Shown here piece after piece: positions 18,701 through 29,000 of a DNA stretch of 43,532 nt. The stretch is from positions 34,872 through 78,403 of the forward strand of contig NIVC01003758.1 in NCBI GenBank assembly GCA_002269645.1, given 5' to 3'. A program made the position numbers and the translations under genes. The notes under the pieces were generated by a model. That model ran no database searches. It saw only the letters and a program-made list of their open reading frames with translations, and was not told the origin of the DNA. Source of the stretch: Macrostomum lignano (Eukaryota). The stretch's first letter is position 1; the number at the start of each line of letters is the position of its first letter.

Positions 18701-19068
18701 TAAAGAGCGAGCGTCTTACTGTTTTAGTCCAAGCTGGGAGATGCCCTGATCGTTTTTTAACCAGACAAAAATATAAAAGTGATGAGGACGCACCTTTTTT
18801 CAATCTTAAAACCGCACATTTTGCTTCGATGCACCTTTTCCCCTACTGTCGGTAGGCTAGCTTAGGATTTTCTCTCCATTCTCTCGTCTAGTCTAAGTTC
18901 TATACGAACTTATGACATTACTATTAATTACGAGTGGAACTCCTCCTTCGGAGGAGAAAGGAAAAGAACTCCAATTACCGGAATTCCATTCCCTGAAATC
19001 CATCAGCTGAAACTCCATGACTTGAATCCCATCTTCCAAATCATCTCCAAATCCTCTGTAAAGCCTTT

Positions 19069-19560
19069 TTGCTCTCCTCTTTGCCCTCTCACCTCTACAG
19101 TGTAGTCTCTTATCTCTCCTCTCTCATCTGCTCTCTCATCTCTAGTCTATCATTTCTGCTCTCTCTTCTTTGCTATCTTATATCTAGTCTCTCCTTTTCC
19201 TCCTCTCATCTCTACTCCCTTATTTATCTCTTCTCCCTCGTCCTTCGTGTCTACTCTCTCCTGTCTCCTCTCTCCCCTCTTCTCTCCTCTCTCATGTACT
19301 CTCTCAACTCTCAAACTCTCTTATCTATCGTCTCTCCTCTACCCTCTCTCTCTTCTTTTTCTTTTTTTTCTCTGCTTTTATTTTTCATATCTCCTATACG
19401 CTCTCACCCTCTCCTTTCTTATATCCCATCTTTTTTCTCTCCTTTCTATCATCTCCTGTCTCCCTCTTCTCTCTTTTCTCTCCTCTCCATTCTCTCTTCT
19501 CTCCTCTCCTTTCTCCTCTCATCTTCTCCCCTCTCTTCTCTAAGCTCAATGTGCTTCTCT
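19069..19560. repeat. CT-rich low-complexity tract
   Basis: Nearly pure pyrimidine (CTCT) sequence. Confidence 0.85.
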
Positions 19561-19969
19561 TAGGATTCTAATTTTGGATTGTTTACGCATCTTTGAAGGT
19601 CAGGCTGTCTGGGTCTGAGGCGGATTGACCTCTAACAGTCTAGACAGGCGACACTAAGTCTGGGAGGAATGGTTTCAACCCCATTCTGATCCCCAGATTT
19701 GTGACTTTTTCACTGCTTCCAGTGACTTATGGCGGTCTAGCTGTCACTTTTGGCTCCAGCCTTTCTGGGTTAAAGAGGCCTTTCCAGCTTTCTCCCCACT
19801 CGCTCTGTTACTTTCTCCTTTGATTGATGGGCGTTTTGCTGTCACTTTTGGCGCCAGGATGTCTAGACAAGTGACTTTTATTATGTTTTGCACATGATTT
19901 ATGACCGAACCTGTCAGCTTCCCTGGGGTCCGAAGGCCACCTAGTGGGGTGGGTTTTGGGGTCTCGAGC

Positions 19970-20110
19970 TCAGCCAATCAGAGTCGACCTGACTGCCCCC
20001 GGCTCGACCAATCAGAAAATTCGGCGTCTATTTTAACAAAAGCTCTCAGCCAATCAGAAAATTCGTCTTGCGTTATAACAAATCGGCCGCGTGAAAGTTT
20101 TAAAAAGCGG
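19970..20110 (+). promoter_or_regulatory. Cluster of three CCAATCAG boxes followed by TTTAAAAAG (LTR/promoter-like)
   Basis: CCAATCAG at ~19974, ~20007 and ~20050, with a TATA-like run at ~20099-20108. Confidence 0.35.
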
Positions 20111-20769
20111 CAACTCGACCCGCGCTCGGAAAGGCCTGTTCGAGGTTCCCGGCATCCCCCTACCTTCTGGCACGCCCTGACCTTGGCCTTGGCCGGTCCT
20201 GCCAATCTAATCCCCTTCGGCTTCTGCTGCCTCTTCGGCCTCCGGTCCCTCTTCCCCCGGCAATTTCGGCTTCAACAGCTAAGTTCCCCTTGAGAGGCAT
20301 CACCGGTACCTCCGGCCGTGAACAAAGAGCTTCAACAGCAACCGGCAAGTGAAGAGTAACGGCGGCACTCGCCAGTTAAGATCGGCAGCAGCATCCCATC
20401 CGAGCGCTTCGGTCTCTGCGGATCTCTTGGCTACCGGCAGTTAGGTCCTCTGATTGGTCGGGTGAGAGGCTTTCTTGACCTGCTTAACTGGGTGCGCCCT
20501 TTGTCTGACCCCTTCCTAGGTAGTCTGATAGGATTTGTACTTTTGCTTACTTGCTTTTGTGTGTCAAACTCGAGGCAGAAGTGTCAGTTAATACTAAAAG
20601 TAGCCATTCGCTCCGACACAATTTAAGGTGTTTAGGATTGCGGATTAAGTGAGAAAGTTAAATCTGGAAGTTAAAGACTTAACGTTTTCTGTCTTTTTCG
20701 CAATGCCGGCTGAGATGAGTAGCTAAATCTAGAGGCAGGGGTCACGGTGGACCAGAAGCAGCACAGTTC

Positions 20770-20833
20770 CAGGGAAGCCTCTTTGTTCGCTTCGCTCACC
20801 GAGCGAAGCGAAGCGAACAAAGAGGCTTCCCTG
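20770..20833. mobile_element. 64-bp fold-back mini element (CAG...CTG) with 7-bp target duplication
   Basis: Perfect 27-bp inverted repeat (20770-20796 / 20807-20833), 10-nt spacer, ACAGTTC on both flanks (20763-69, 20834-40). Confidence 0.75.
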
Positions 20834-21088
20834 ACAGTTCCCGTCAATCAGTCGATTTAAGAAATCATGATAAGCATGATAAGCAGTGATTCATTTCTGA
20901 GTTCTGAGGCCCGAAGCTACAGGCTTAAAAAGGCCGAACCCATCAAAAACTTCGCCTACAAGCGAATTGATTCAAAAAACATTGTGGCAAATATGCGTGT
21001 GTGTGTGCGTCTTTTTTATTTGACTGCGACACAGACGGTCAAAGCATTGAACTACCAAACCAAAAAGTAGGAAGCAGGAAGAGTGCGG

Positions 21089-21942
21089 CACAGACCAATA
21101 AGTATAACTAGACTGGGCTCGTTTTTGACAAAATGACATAAGCAAAAAATGATCCTTCCTACCCCAGCCAAAAACGATCGATATCAGTGGCCTGGGGAAA
21201 ACTGGCCCTTCTTCAGCTGTCTGCACTCTGCCCTTTTTAAAATTAACATGTACATTAATGTGGCCTGAGGACGTGAAATAGAAAGTGAAGATAATGAAGA
21301 GAAATTGCTAATCGTTAATCCCAAAGTACTTTTAGGGGTAAAACGCATAGCTGTCAAAGCTGTCACACGCTTGAGTGAATCCGAACAATAGGCTCCGACA
21401 TCATAAATCTTGATGGCCTGTCAAAATGATGAGAAAAAAGCTACCGCCCGCATCCTCTCAGACCATCTGGCGCCCGCCTCAACACTGAGTGAGGCGCAGG
21501 TGGCTGTCAGACCAGCTTCGAAAGCGATGATTTATGACCCAAAAAGCTATGCCTATGTTATTATGACTACTAGTATGACCAGACATTATATCTAGTATAG
21601 ATTCTATGACTATTCGCAGAAAAAAGATAAAAATGCCCATTGCCCACTGTTAGTAGGCTGGTAAGTTTAGAGCCCATGTGCTAGCGCGGGGATTGGAAAA
21701 AGTGCGTCCTCATCAGTAACTCTGAATCAATAAGTTTTAAGCAATGATTGAGGGGTAAGGAAGCCAAGGAGACCTTGCTATCGATCGTGAGGGGTGGGAG
21801 CTGGGGTACCATTTTTCCAGGGACTTCTAGAGCTAGCAAAAATAGTGATGCTATTTTTAGGAGTCCCTGCATTTTTCCTACTTGGAAGAGGTACATATTG
21901 CTTGCCCCTCACGCGCAATCTAGTCATACTTATTGGTCTGTG
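21089..21942. mobile_element. 854-bp non-autonomous DNA transposon with 23-bp TIRs
   Basis: CACAGACCAATAAGTATAACTAG (21089-21111) matches the reverse complement of 21920-21942 at 22/23. It interrupts the degenerate Maverick end; only a degenerate possible TSD (GAGTGCGG/GAGTTGTG). Confidence 0.7.
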
Positions 21943-22459
21943 GAGTTGTGGCCGCGAGCCTAGAAAGAAAATGGAGGGGGCGAGATTTTGTAAACGCGTT
22001 TGGGCAGGACAGAATGCATCGATTAGTGGTTGGGACTTCCTATTGGTTTTGCCATGCAAAAACGAGCCATACGCGTAAAAACGCTTACTACCGAGGGTTG
22101 CCTAACAACGGCACAAGGGAGAAACTGCTTGGGCGCTAACCCTAACCCGGCTCAAGCTATTCATTGCTTTTGCATTGTGCCTGTGGGCTCTCATTGACTA
22201 AAAAGTACACTGCCTGGAATAATATTCCGTACGGCGGATGTGAGCCTCACACTCATAACAATGCCTTTAGGGGCCAGTGTATTTTAAAGTCTTTCTTCCT
22301 CTCTCTTCCTCTCTCGGTCACCCCCTTCCCTCATCTCTATATATGTGTATGCCAGTGCTGACGCACAGACGCACTGCCCTGCATTCTCGTTAATTTCACA
22401 ATATCGAAAACTATACTGAATTTTTGCATCTTTCAAAAGATCTTTTAGAGTCGACGAAA

Positions 22460-23111
22460 ATGCAGCCAGCTAAAGTGCTTCTAGTTTTGGCTCTTCTGGT
22501 TTCCATCCAACTTGGACCATGTTTTGCCTGCGACAAAAAACAGCAGGTCAAAGCTCGTGAGTCTATTTTTTATCTAATTTTTCTATTTTTTAACTAAGTT
22601 TTCTATTTTTTAACTAATTTTTCTATTTTTTAACTAATTCTTCTATTTGTTAACCAATTTTTCAATTTTTTAACTAATTTTTCGCACCTGTCTGCAACAA
22701 AGCCAGTTGCAGTCTCCTTACATGGCTTGACACATGGCATTCTGTATGGTCGTTCCTCACTCAGGTTACAATTACTGGAGAGTTGGAAAATGCATTGCTT
22801 TAGGAGGAGCAGCTGCTGCCGGATCCATTGTTGCTGCACCATGGGCTGTTGGTCTGCTTGGATTTAAAGCAGGTGGAATTGCTGCTGGCCCAATTGCACC
22901 CTGGATACAAGCTTTAGGAGCAGGAAGAACCCCATTTGTGGTGTCAGTTGGTCAGAGCATTGGAGCTGCTGGACTGTCAGGAACAGCGGCTGCTGGCACT
23001 GGAGCCGCCATTGCAGCATTCTGTGGCATCTACAATGTTGGAATCACAGAGCAGTGCCATAGTGGTGATAAATATGAAATTGTGTCAATCCCTAAAAGAC
23101 GTTTAAAGTGA
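22460..23111 (+). CDS. IFI6/IFI27 (ISG12)-family protein with signal peptide; exons 22460-22556, 22765-23111 (147 aa)
   Basis: MQPAKVLLVLALLVSIQLGPCFA leader; phase-1 GTGAGT...CAG intron keeps frame; LLGFKAGGIAAG...VGQSIGAAGLS matches IFI27 ALGFTGAGIAAS...LQSVGAAGLS. Confidence 0.75.
22563..22682. repeat. 20-bp tandem repeat (TTTTCTATTTTTTAACTAAT, ~6 copies) in IFI27-like intron
   Basis: Direct reading. Confidence 0.85.
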
Positions 23112-24869
23112 ACTTAATAAACTACCTGATTATTTTTTAATTTGTGGTGTTGTTTTCTTGTCTTTATATATCATAGCTATCAATAATTGTAATATTTAGA
23201 GAAGAAACTTTGGATGAAATATTTTTATTCAGATTTTTACTAGTCATTACTTTTATAGCTACCATTAAATGATTATTTGCCCACACAGTACGAAAGATGT
23301 TTTAAACGTTATTTTTTAACGTTAACCCCCTCCCCCCCCACTCCGAGTCTGTTTCACGTCCCAACCATTCCCTACAGTCACTTCCTTTTTCCCGCTGCTA
23401 TTTACATGTATACTCGATGATCACGCAACAGACCCGCTTATTAGTATTAGCACTATATTTCTTAGGATTAAATATACCAGTATATTGTTATTCTATCAGA
23501 CTTGTACTTGCTCCAAGTCAATTTCCGTCCTCGCCGTATATTAATACGTGAATAACTCTCGCAAAAATATAATAGTTAGTTCGGTAAAGTGAGGCCTTTG
23601 CTTTGTTCGCACTGCACAGTTACTGGTAGTAGCGTCCCTTCTTATACTTTACTTTAGCAATCATTTGCGTACATCCCCCTAGTTTCTCCGCCCCTCACCC
23701 ACCTGAATCTCTCGCAGTACTCGTATCGCATTCTCAAACTACCCTATTTTCCAACAACACAGTACATAGCGATCGATTGCACAAGTAGATTAAGAAAAAT
23801 CAATAGAAGATAAGCTTACAGTGCAGACACTTTCATTCCTTCATACATTAGTCGCGTGATTTGATGGCTGATTAGGCGGCAGTGTGAATGAGTGAAGAGT
23901 TGATTCGGGAGGTGATCAGTCTCCCGAAAAATCCCACTTCCAGACACTTAAGCCTGGGAACAAAATGTAGTGATCACTTACTGTTGCGGGCTCCTCTTCT
24001 TTGTCGCACGCGTCTGTAGAGCTCGTCTCCGTAGAGCTGTTCCTCCCGGGGTAGTCTTCTTGAAGTCTAGAGTCGGCCGAAAGTGAGAGCGTAACAAATA
24101 AATCGACGTCGCAGTATTTCTTCGGGTGCAGAATTCAATATATTCCTCGAGTGCAGAAATCAATATCAACGATGCGCCCTAATAACAAAATCAACTTCAA
24201 TACGAGGTCCTCCAGAAAGGGCGTCTTCTTCTAGAACTAACGGAATCGGAGTCGTGTGCTCCTATCGGTTAATCTAGGATAACCAAAATCAATCAAATCA
24301 ATAATCCTCTAAGGGTATCGGAATCGGTCCGCAGATCCTATCCAATCCCTTAGGAAAAGGGAGGCCTCAAACTCAATAGACTCAATAAAATCAACTGAAC
24401 AAAGGAATTGGAAATCGGGGATAATTGGGGAGAATCGAGAACAATAGAAAAGCAAACATTGGAGAAAAGGTGATAATTAGGTGCGAAAACGAGAACAATA
24501 GAAAGAGAAAATCGGAGAAAATGGGATAATTGGTGGGGGTAAAGAGAACAAAAGAATCAAAAACGAGAACAATAGAAGCGGAGGTGGGGTGGGTGTCGCA
24601 TGAGAAATTTGGGGAGGAGAACAATAGCATGAGAAAAGGTTGCGCAAGAGAGGGGGATGAGTCATCGAGGGGAAGAGTCTCGAGTCTCAACAGCTCTGTG
24701 CAGGGGGTGCACGGCAATAGGAGGCACTTTCGAAAAAGTTCCCCTCCCCTATCCCGCGACCAGAGCGTGGTTACATCACTAACCTTTTCTCAAATTACAA
24801 AATACATAATCTAGATTTCTTAGAAATTATTTTGAATCTTCAGATTTCTAGACACCAACTATTGAGCTC

Positions 24870-25525
24870 CAGTTTTCTGAGAAATTATTATTAAACACAG
24901 GTTTTCTAAGAAATTAATGAGCACTGGTTTTGTTAGAAACGATTAATGAGCACAGCTTTTCTTAGAAACTGTTAATGAGCACTGGTTTTCTTAGAAACGA
25001 TTAATGATCACTGATTTTCTTAGAAACGATTAATGAGCACTGATTTTCTTAGAAACGATTAATGAGCACTGGTTTTGTTAGAAACAGTTAATGAGCACTG
25101 GTTTTGTTAGAAACGATTAATAAGCACTGGTTTTCTTAGAAACGATTAATGAGCACTGGTTTTCTTAGAAACGATTAATGAGCACTGGCTTTGTTAGAAA
25201 CGATTAATGAGCACAGATTTTCTTAGAAACTGTTAATGAGCACTGGTGTTCTTAGAAACGATTAATGAGCACTGGTTTTCTTAGAAACGATTAATGAGCA
25301 CTGGTGTTCTTAGAAACTGTTAATGAGCACTGGCTTTGTTAGAAACGATTAATGAGCACAGATTTTCTTAGAAACGATTAATGAGCACTGGTGTTCTTAG
25401 AAACGATTAATGAGCACTGGTTTTCTTAGAAACGATTAATGAGCACTGGTTTTCTTAGAAACGATTAATGAGCACTGGTTTTCTTAGAAACGATTAATGA
25501 GCACTGGTTTTCTTAGAAATGTTAA
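24870..25525. repeat. 29-bp minisatellite (TTAATGAGCACTGGTTTTCTTAGAAACGA), ~22 copies
   Basis: Period 29 (ATGAGC at 25381 and 25410); degenerate units continue to ~25870. Confidence 0.95.
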
Positions 25526-26039
25526 TAAAAGACCTAGATTTTTTAAAACTGAATTTACAAGCTCCAGCTTTCCTAGAAACGATGACTTTGAAGTTCCAGA
25601 TTTCTAAGAAACAACGATCAAGCTCTTTTTTAGAAACGATTAAAATGACCTCTAAATTATTTGGCAATGTTTTCAAGATCCAGTTGTCTTCGAAACGTTT
25701 TACTACGCATTATGTTGCTTTTTGGAGAAGCGAATTACTGCGCCTTGGTTTTATTAAAATGTTGGTTTCTTAGAAATGATTTTTGTTACATATGCTTTTG
25801 AGTAGCTACATGTACAAGCGATGTATAATTTTGTCCAAAATTGAAAAGATTACAGATTTCTTAGAAAGATGGTTTGAAGCTCTGTGTTAGGATCCAAACC
25901 TTTTTATAACAGTATCTTGTGATTTCGCATAAAATACGCTTATAGATCAGAACACTTTATTTAAATTGGTACTCAGCAGTCTAGGAAATCAGCAAATAGA
26001 GATCGAACAACATAAATTAGCAAAGGTTTCACACGCGAA

Positions 26040-29000
26040 TCAAGAGTCTTCAGACACTCCAGCATCGTTCACGATTAAGCCTTCCACGTCATCCTCAACT
26101 ACAACAAAATTGCTAAATAACGGTGCACCCTGTGGTTGCGATGCAGTTGCCATGGCAAACAGTGCCGCGTCGTGAAGGCTGACAAAACAGGCTGAAGATG
26201 GTCCCGGATTCACCTCCAGTGTGAGACCCTGTTTAGCAAAGCTGGCTCTGATCGTATCTTGGCAGCCTGCCAGCAGGAGTCGCTGGCCTCGATCGGTCAG
26301 CTGACGATGTACCTGATGCAGGGGAAAAGTTGCTCTTTTGGAAACTTTCATTGCTTACTGCTTGGGGAAGTTCATAGCCATCGTGATGTTCTTGATAGGC
26401 GATTTAAAAGCTCATGAGATCTCTCTAGAAATCCATGGGAATCTCTTTGGAAATCCATGGGAATCTCTTTAGAAATTCATGGGAATCTCTCTAGAAATCA
26501 ATGGGAATCTCTTTAGAAACCATGGGAATCTCTTTAGAAATCCATTGGAATCTCTGTAGAAATACATTGGAATTTCTAGAAATCCATGGGAATCTCTTAA
26601 GAAATCCATTGGAATCTCTCTAGAAATCCATTGGAATCTCTTTTAGAAATCCATGGGAATCTCTTTAGAAATCCATGGGAATCTCTTTAGAAATCCATTG
26701 GAATCTTTAGAAATCCTTGGAAATCTCTTTGGAAATCCATTGCAATCGCTTTAGAAATCCATGGGAACCTCTTTTAAAAATCCATGGAAATCTCTTTAGA
26801 AATCCATGGGAATCTCTTTAGAAATCCATGGGAACCTCTTTTAGAAATCCATGGGAATCTCTTTAGAAATCCATGGAAATCTCTTTAGAAATCCATGGGA
26901 ATCTCTTTAGAAATCCATTGGAATCTCTTTGGAAATCCATTGGAATCTCTTTGGAAATCCATTGGAATCTCTTTAGAAATCCATTGGAATCTCTTTAGAA
27001 ATCCATTGGAATCTCTTTAGAAATCCATTGGAATCTCTAGAAATCCATTGGAATCTCTTTGGAAATCCATTGGAATCTCTTTAGAAATCCATTGGAATCT
27101 CTGTAGAAATCCATTGGAATCTCTTTAGAAATCCATGTGAATCTCTTTAGAAACCATGGGAATCTCTTAGGAAATCCATTGGAATCTCTTTAGAAATCCA
27201 TGTGAATCTCTTTAGAAACCATAGGAATCTCTTTAGAAATCCATTGGAATCTCTGTAGAAATCCATTGGAATTTCTAGAAATGCATGGGAATCTCTTTAG
27301 AAATACATTGGAATCTCTCTAGAAATCCATTGGAATCTCTTTTAGAAATCCATGGGAATCTCTTTAGAAATCCATTGGAATCTCTTTAGAAATCCATGGG
27401 AACCTCTTTTAGAAATCCATGGGAATCTCTTTAGAAATCCATGGGAATCTCTTTAGAAATCCATTGAAATCTCTTTAGAAATCCATGGGAACCTCTTTTA
27501 GAAATCCATGGGAACCTCTTTTAGAAATCCATGGGAATCTCTTTAGAAATTCATGGGAATCTCTTTAGAAATCCATCGGAACCTCTTTTAGAAATCCATG
27601 GGAATCTCTTTAGAAATCCATGGAAATCTCTTTAGAAATGCATGGGAATCTCTTTAGAAATCCATTGAAATCTCTTTAGAAATCCATTGCAATCGCTTTA
27701 AAAATCCATGGAAACCTCTTTTAGAAATCCATGGAAATCTCTTTAGAAATCCATGGGAATCTCTTTAGAAATCCATGGAAATCTCTTGGGAAATCCATGG
27801 GAATCTCTTTAGAAATCCATGGGAATCTCTTTAGAAATCCATGGGAACCTCTTTTAGAAATCCATGGGAATCTCTTTAGAAATCCATGGGAATCTCTTTT
27901 GAAATCCATGGGAATCTCTTTAGAAATCCATGGGAATCGCTTTAGAAATCCATGGGAATCTCTTTTGAAATCCATGGGAATCTCTTTAGAAATCCATGGG
28001 AATCTCTTTAGAAATCCATGGAAATCTCTTTAGAAATCCATGGGAATCTCTTTAGAAATCCATTGAAATCTCTTTAGAAATCCATTGCAATCGCTTTAAA
28101 AATCCATGGAAACCTCTTTTAGAAATCCATGGAAATCTCTTTAGAAATCCATGGGAATCTCTTTAGAAATCCATGGAAATCTCTTGGGAAATCCATGGGA
28201 ATCTCTTTAGAAATCCATGGGAATCTCTTTAGAAATCCATGGGAACCTCTTTTAGAAATCCATGGGAATCTCTTTAGAAATCCATGGAAATCTCTTTAGA
28301 AATCCATGGGAATCTCTTTAGAAATCCATTGGAATCTCTTTGGAAATCCATTGGAATCTCTTTGGAAATACATTGGAATCTCTTTAGAAATCCATTGGAA
28401 TCTCTTTAGAAATCCATTGGAATCTCTTTAGAAATCCATTGGAATCTCTTTAGAAATCCATTGGAATCTCTTTAGAAATCCATTGGAATCTCTTTAGAAA
28501 TCCATTGGAATCTCTGTAGAAATCCATTGGAATCTCTTTGGAAATCCATTGGAATCTCTTTGGAAATCCATTGGAATCTCTTTAGAAATCCATTGGAATC
28601 TCTTTAGAAATCCATTGGAATCTCTTTAGAAATCCATTGGAATCTCTAGAAATCCATTGGAATCTCTTTGGAAATCCATTGGAATCTCTTTAGAAATCCA
28701 TTGGAATCTCTGTAGAAATCCATTGGAATCTCTTTAGAAATCCATGTGAATCTCTTTAGAAACCATGGGAATCTCTTAGGAAATCCATTGGAATCTCTGT
28801 AGAAATCCATTGGAATTTCTAGAAATCCATGGGAATCTCTTTAGAAATCCATGGGAATCTCTTTAGAAATCCATGGGAATCCCTTTTGAAATCCATTGGA
28901 ATCGCTTTAGAAATCCATGGGAATCTCTTTAGAAATCCATTGGAATCTCTTTGGAAATCCATGGGAATCTCTTTGGAAATCTATTGGAATCTCTTTGGTA

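Larger units (their letters stand above)
17608..22092 (+). mobile_element. Degenerate copy of the right end of the element-1 family, fragmented by insertions
   Basis: 17610-18780 matches 15592-16660; ~20950-21085 matches ~16680-16795; 21960-22092 matches 16800-16996 and ends CGCTTACTACC. Confidence 0.85.

Noticed and set aside
19069-19563. 164-aa Leu/Ser-rich membrane-like ORF
   Set aside because: Artefact of the CT-rich low-complexity tract.
20972-21226. Minus-strand ORF partly shared with the 16700-16780 region
   Set aside because: Similarity reflects the duplicated non-coding subterminal DNA; the frame has stops in element 1 and crosses a MITE boundary.
22135-22149. CTAACCCTAACCC telomere-like motif
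   Set aside because: Only two units.
23966-24775. Possible solo LTR (TGT...GGTTACA) and ORFs 24391-24814
   Set aside because: No matching TSD, no second LTR and no coding domain; the ORFs are low complexity.
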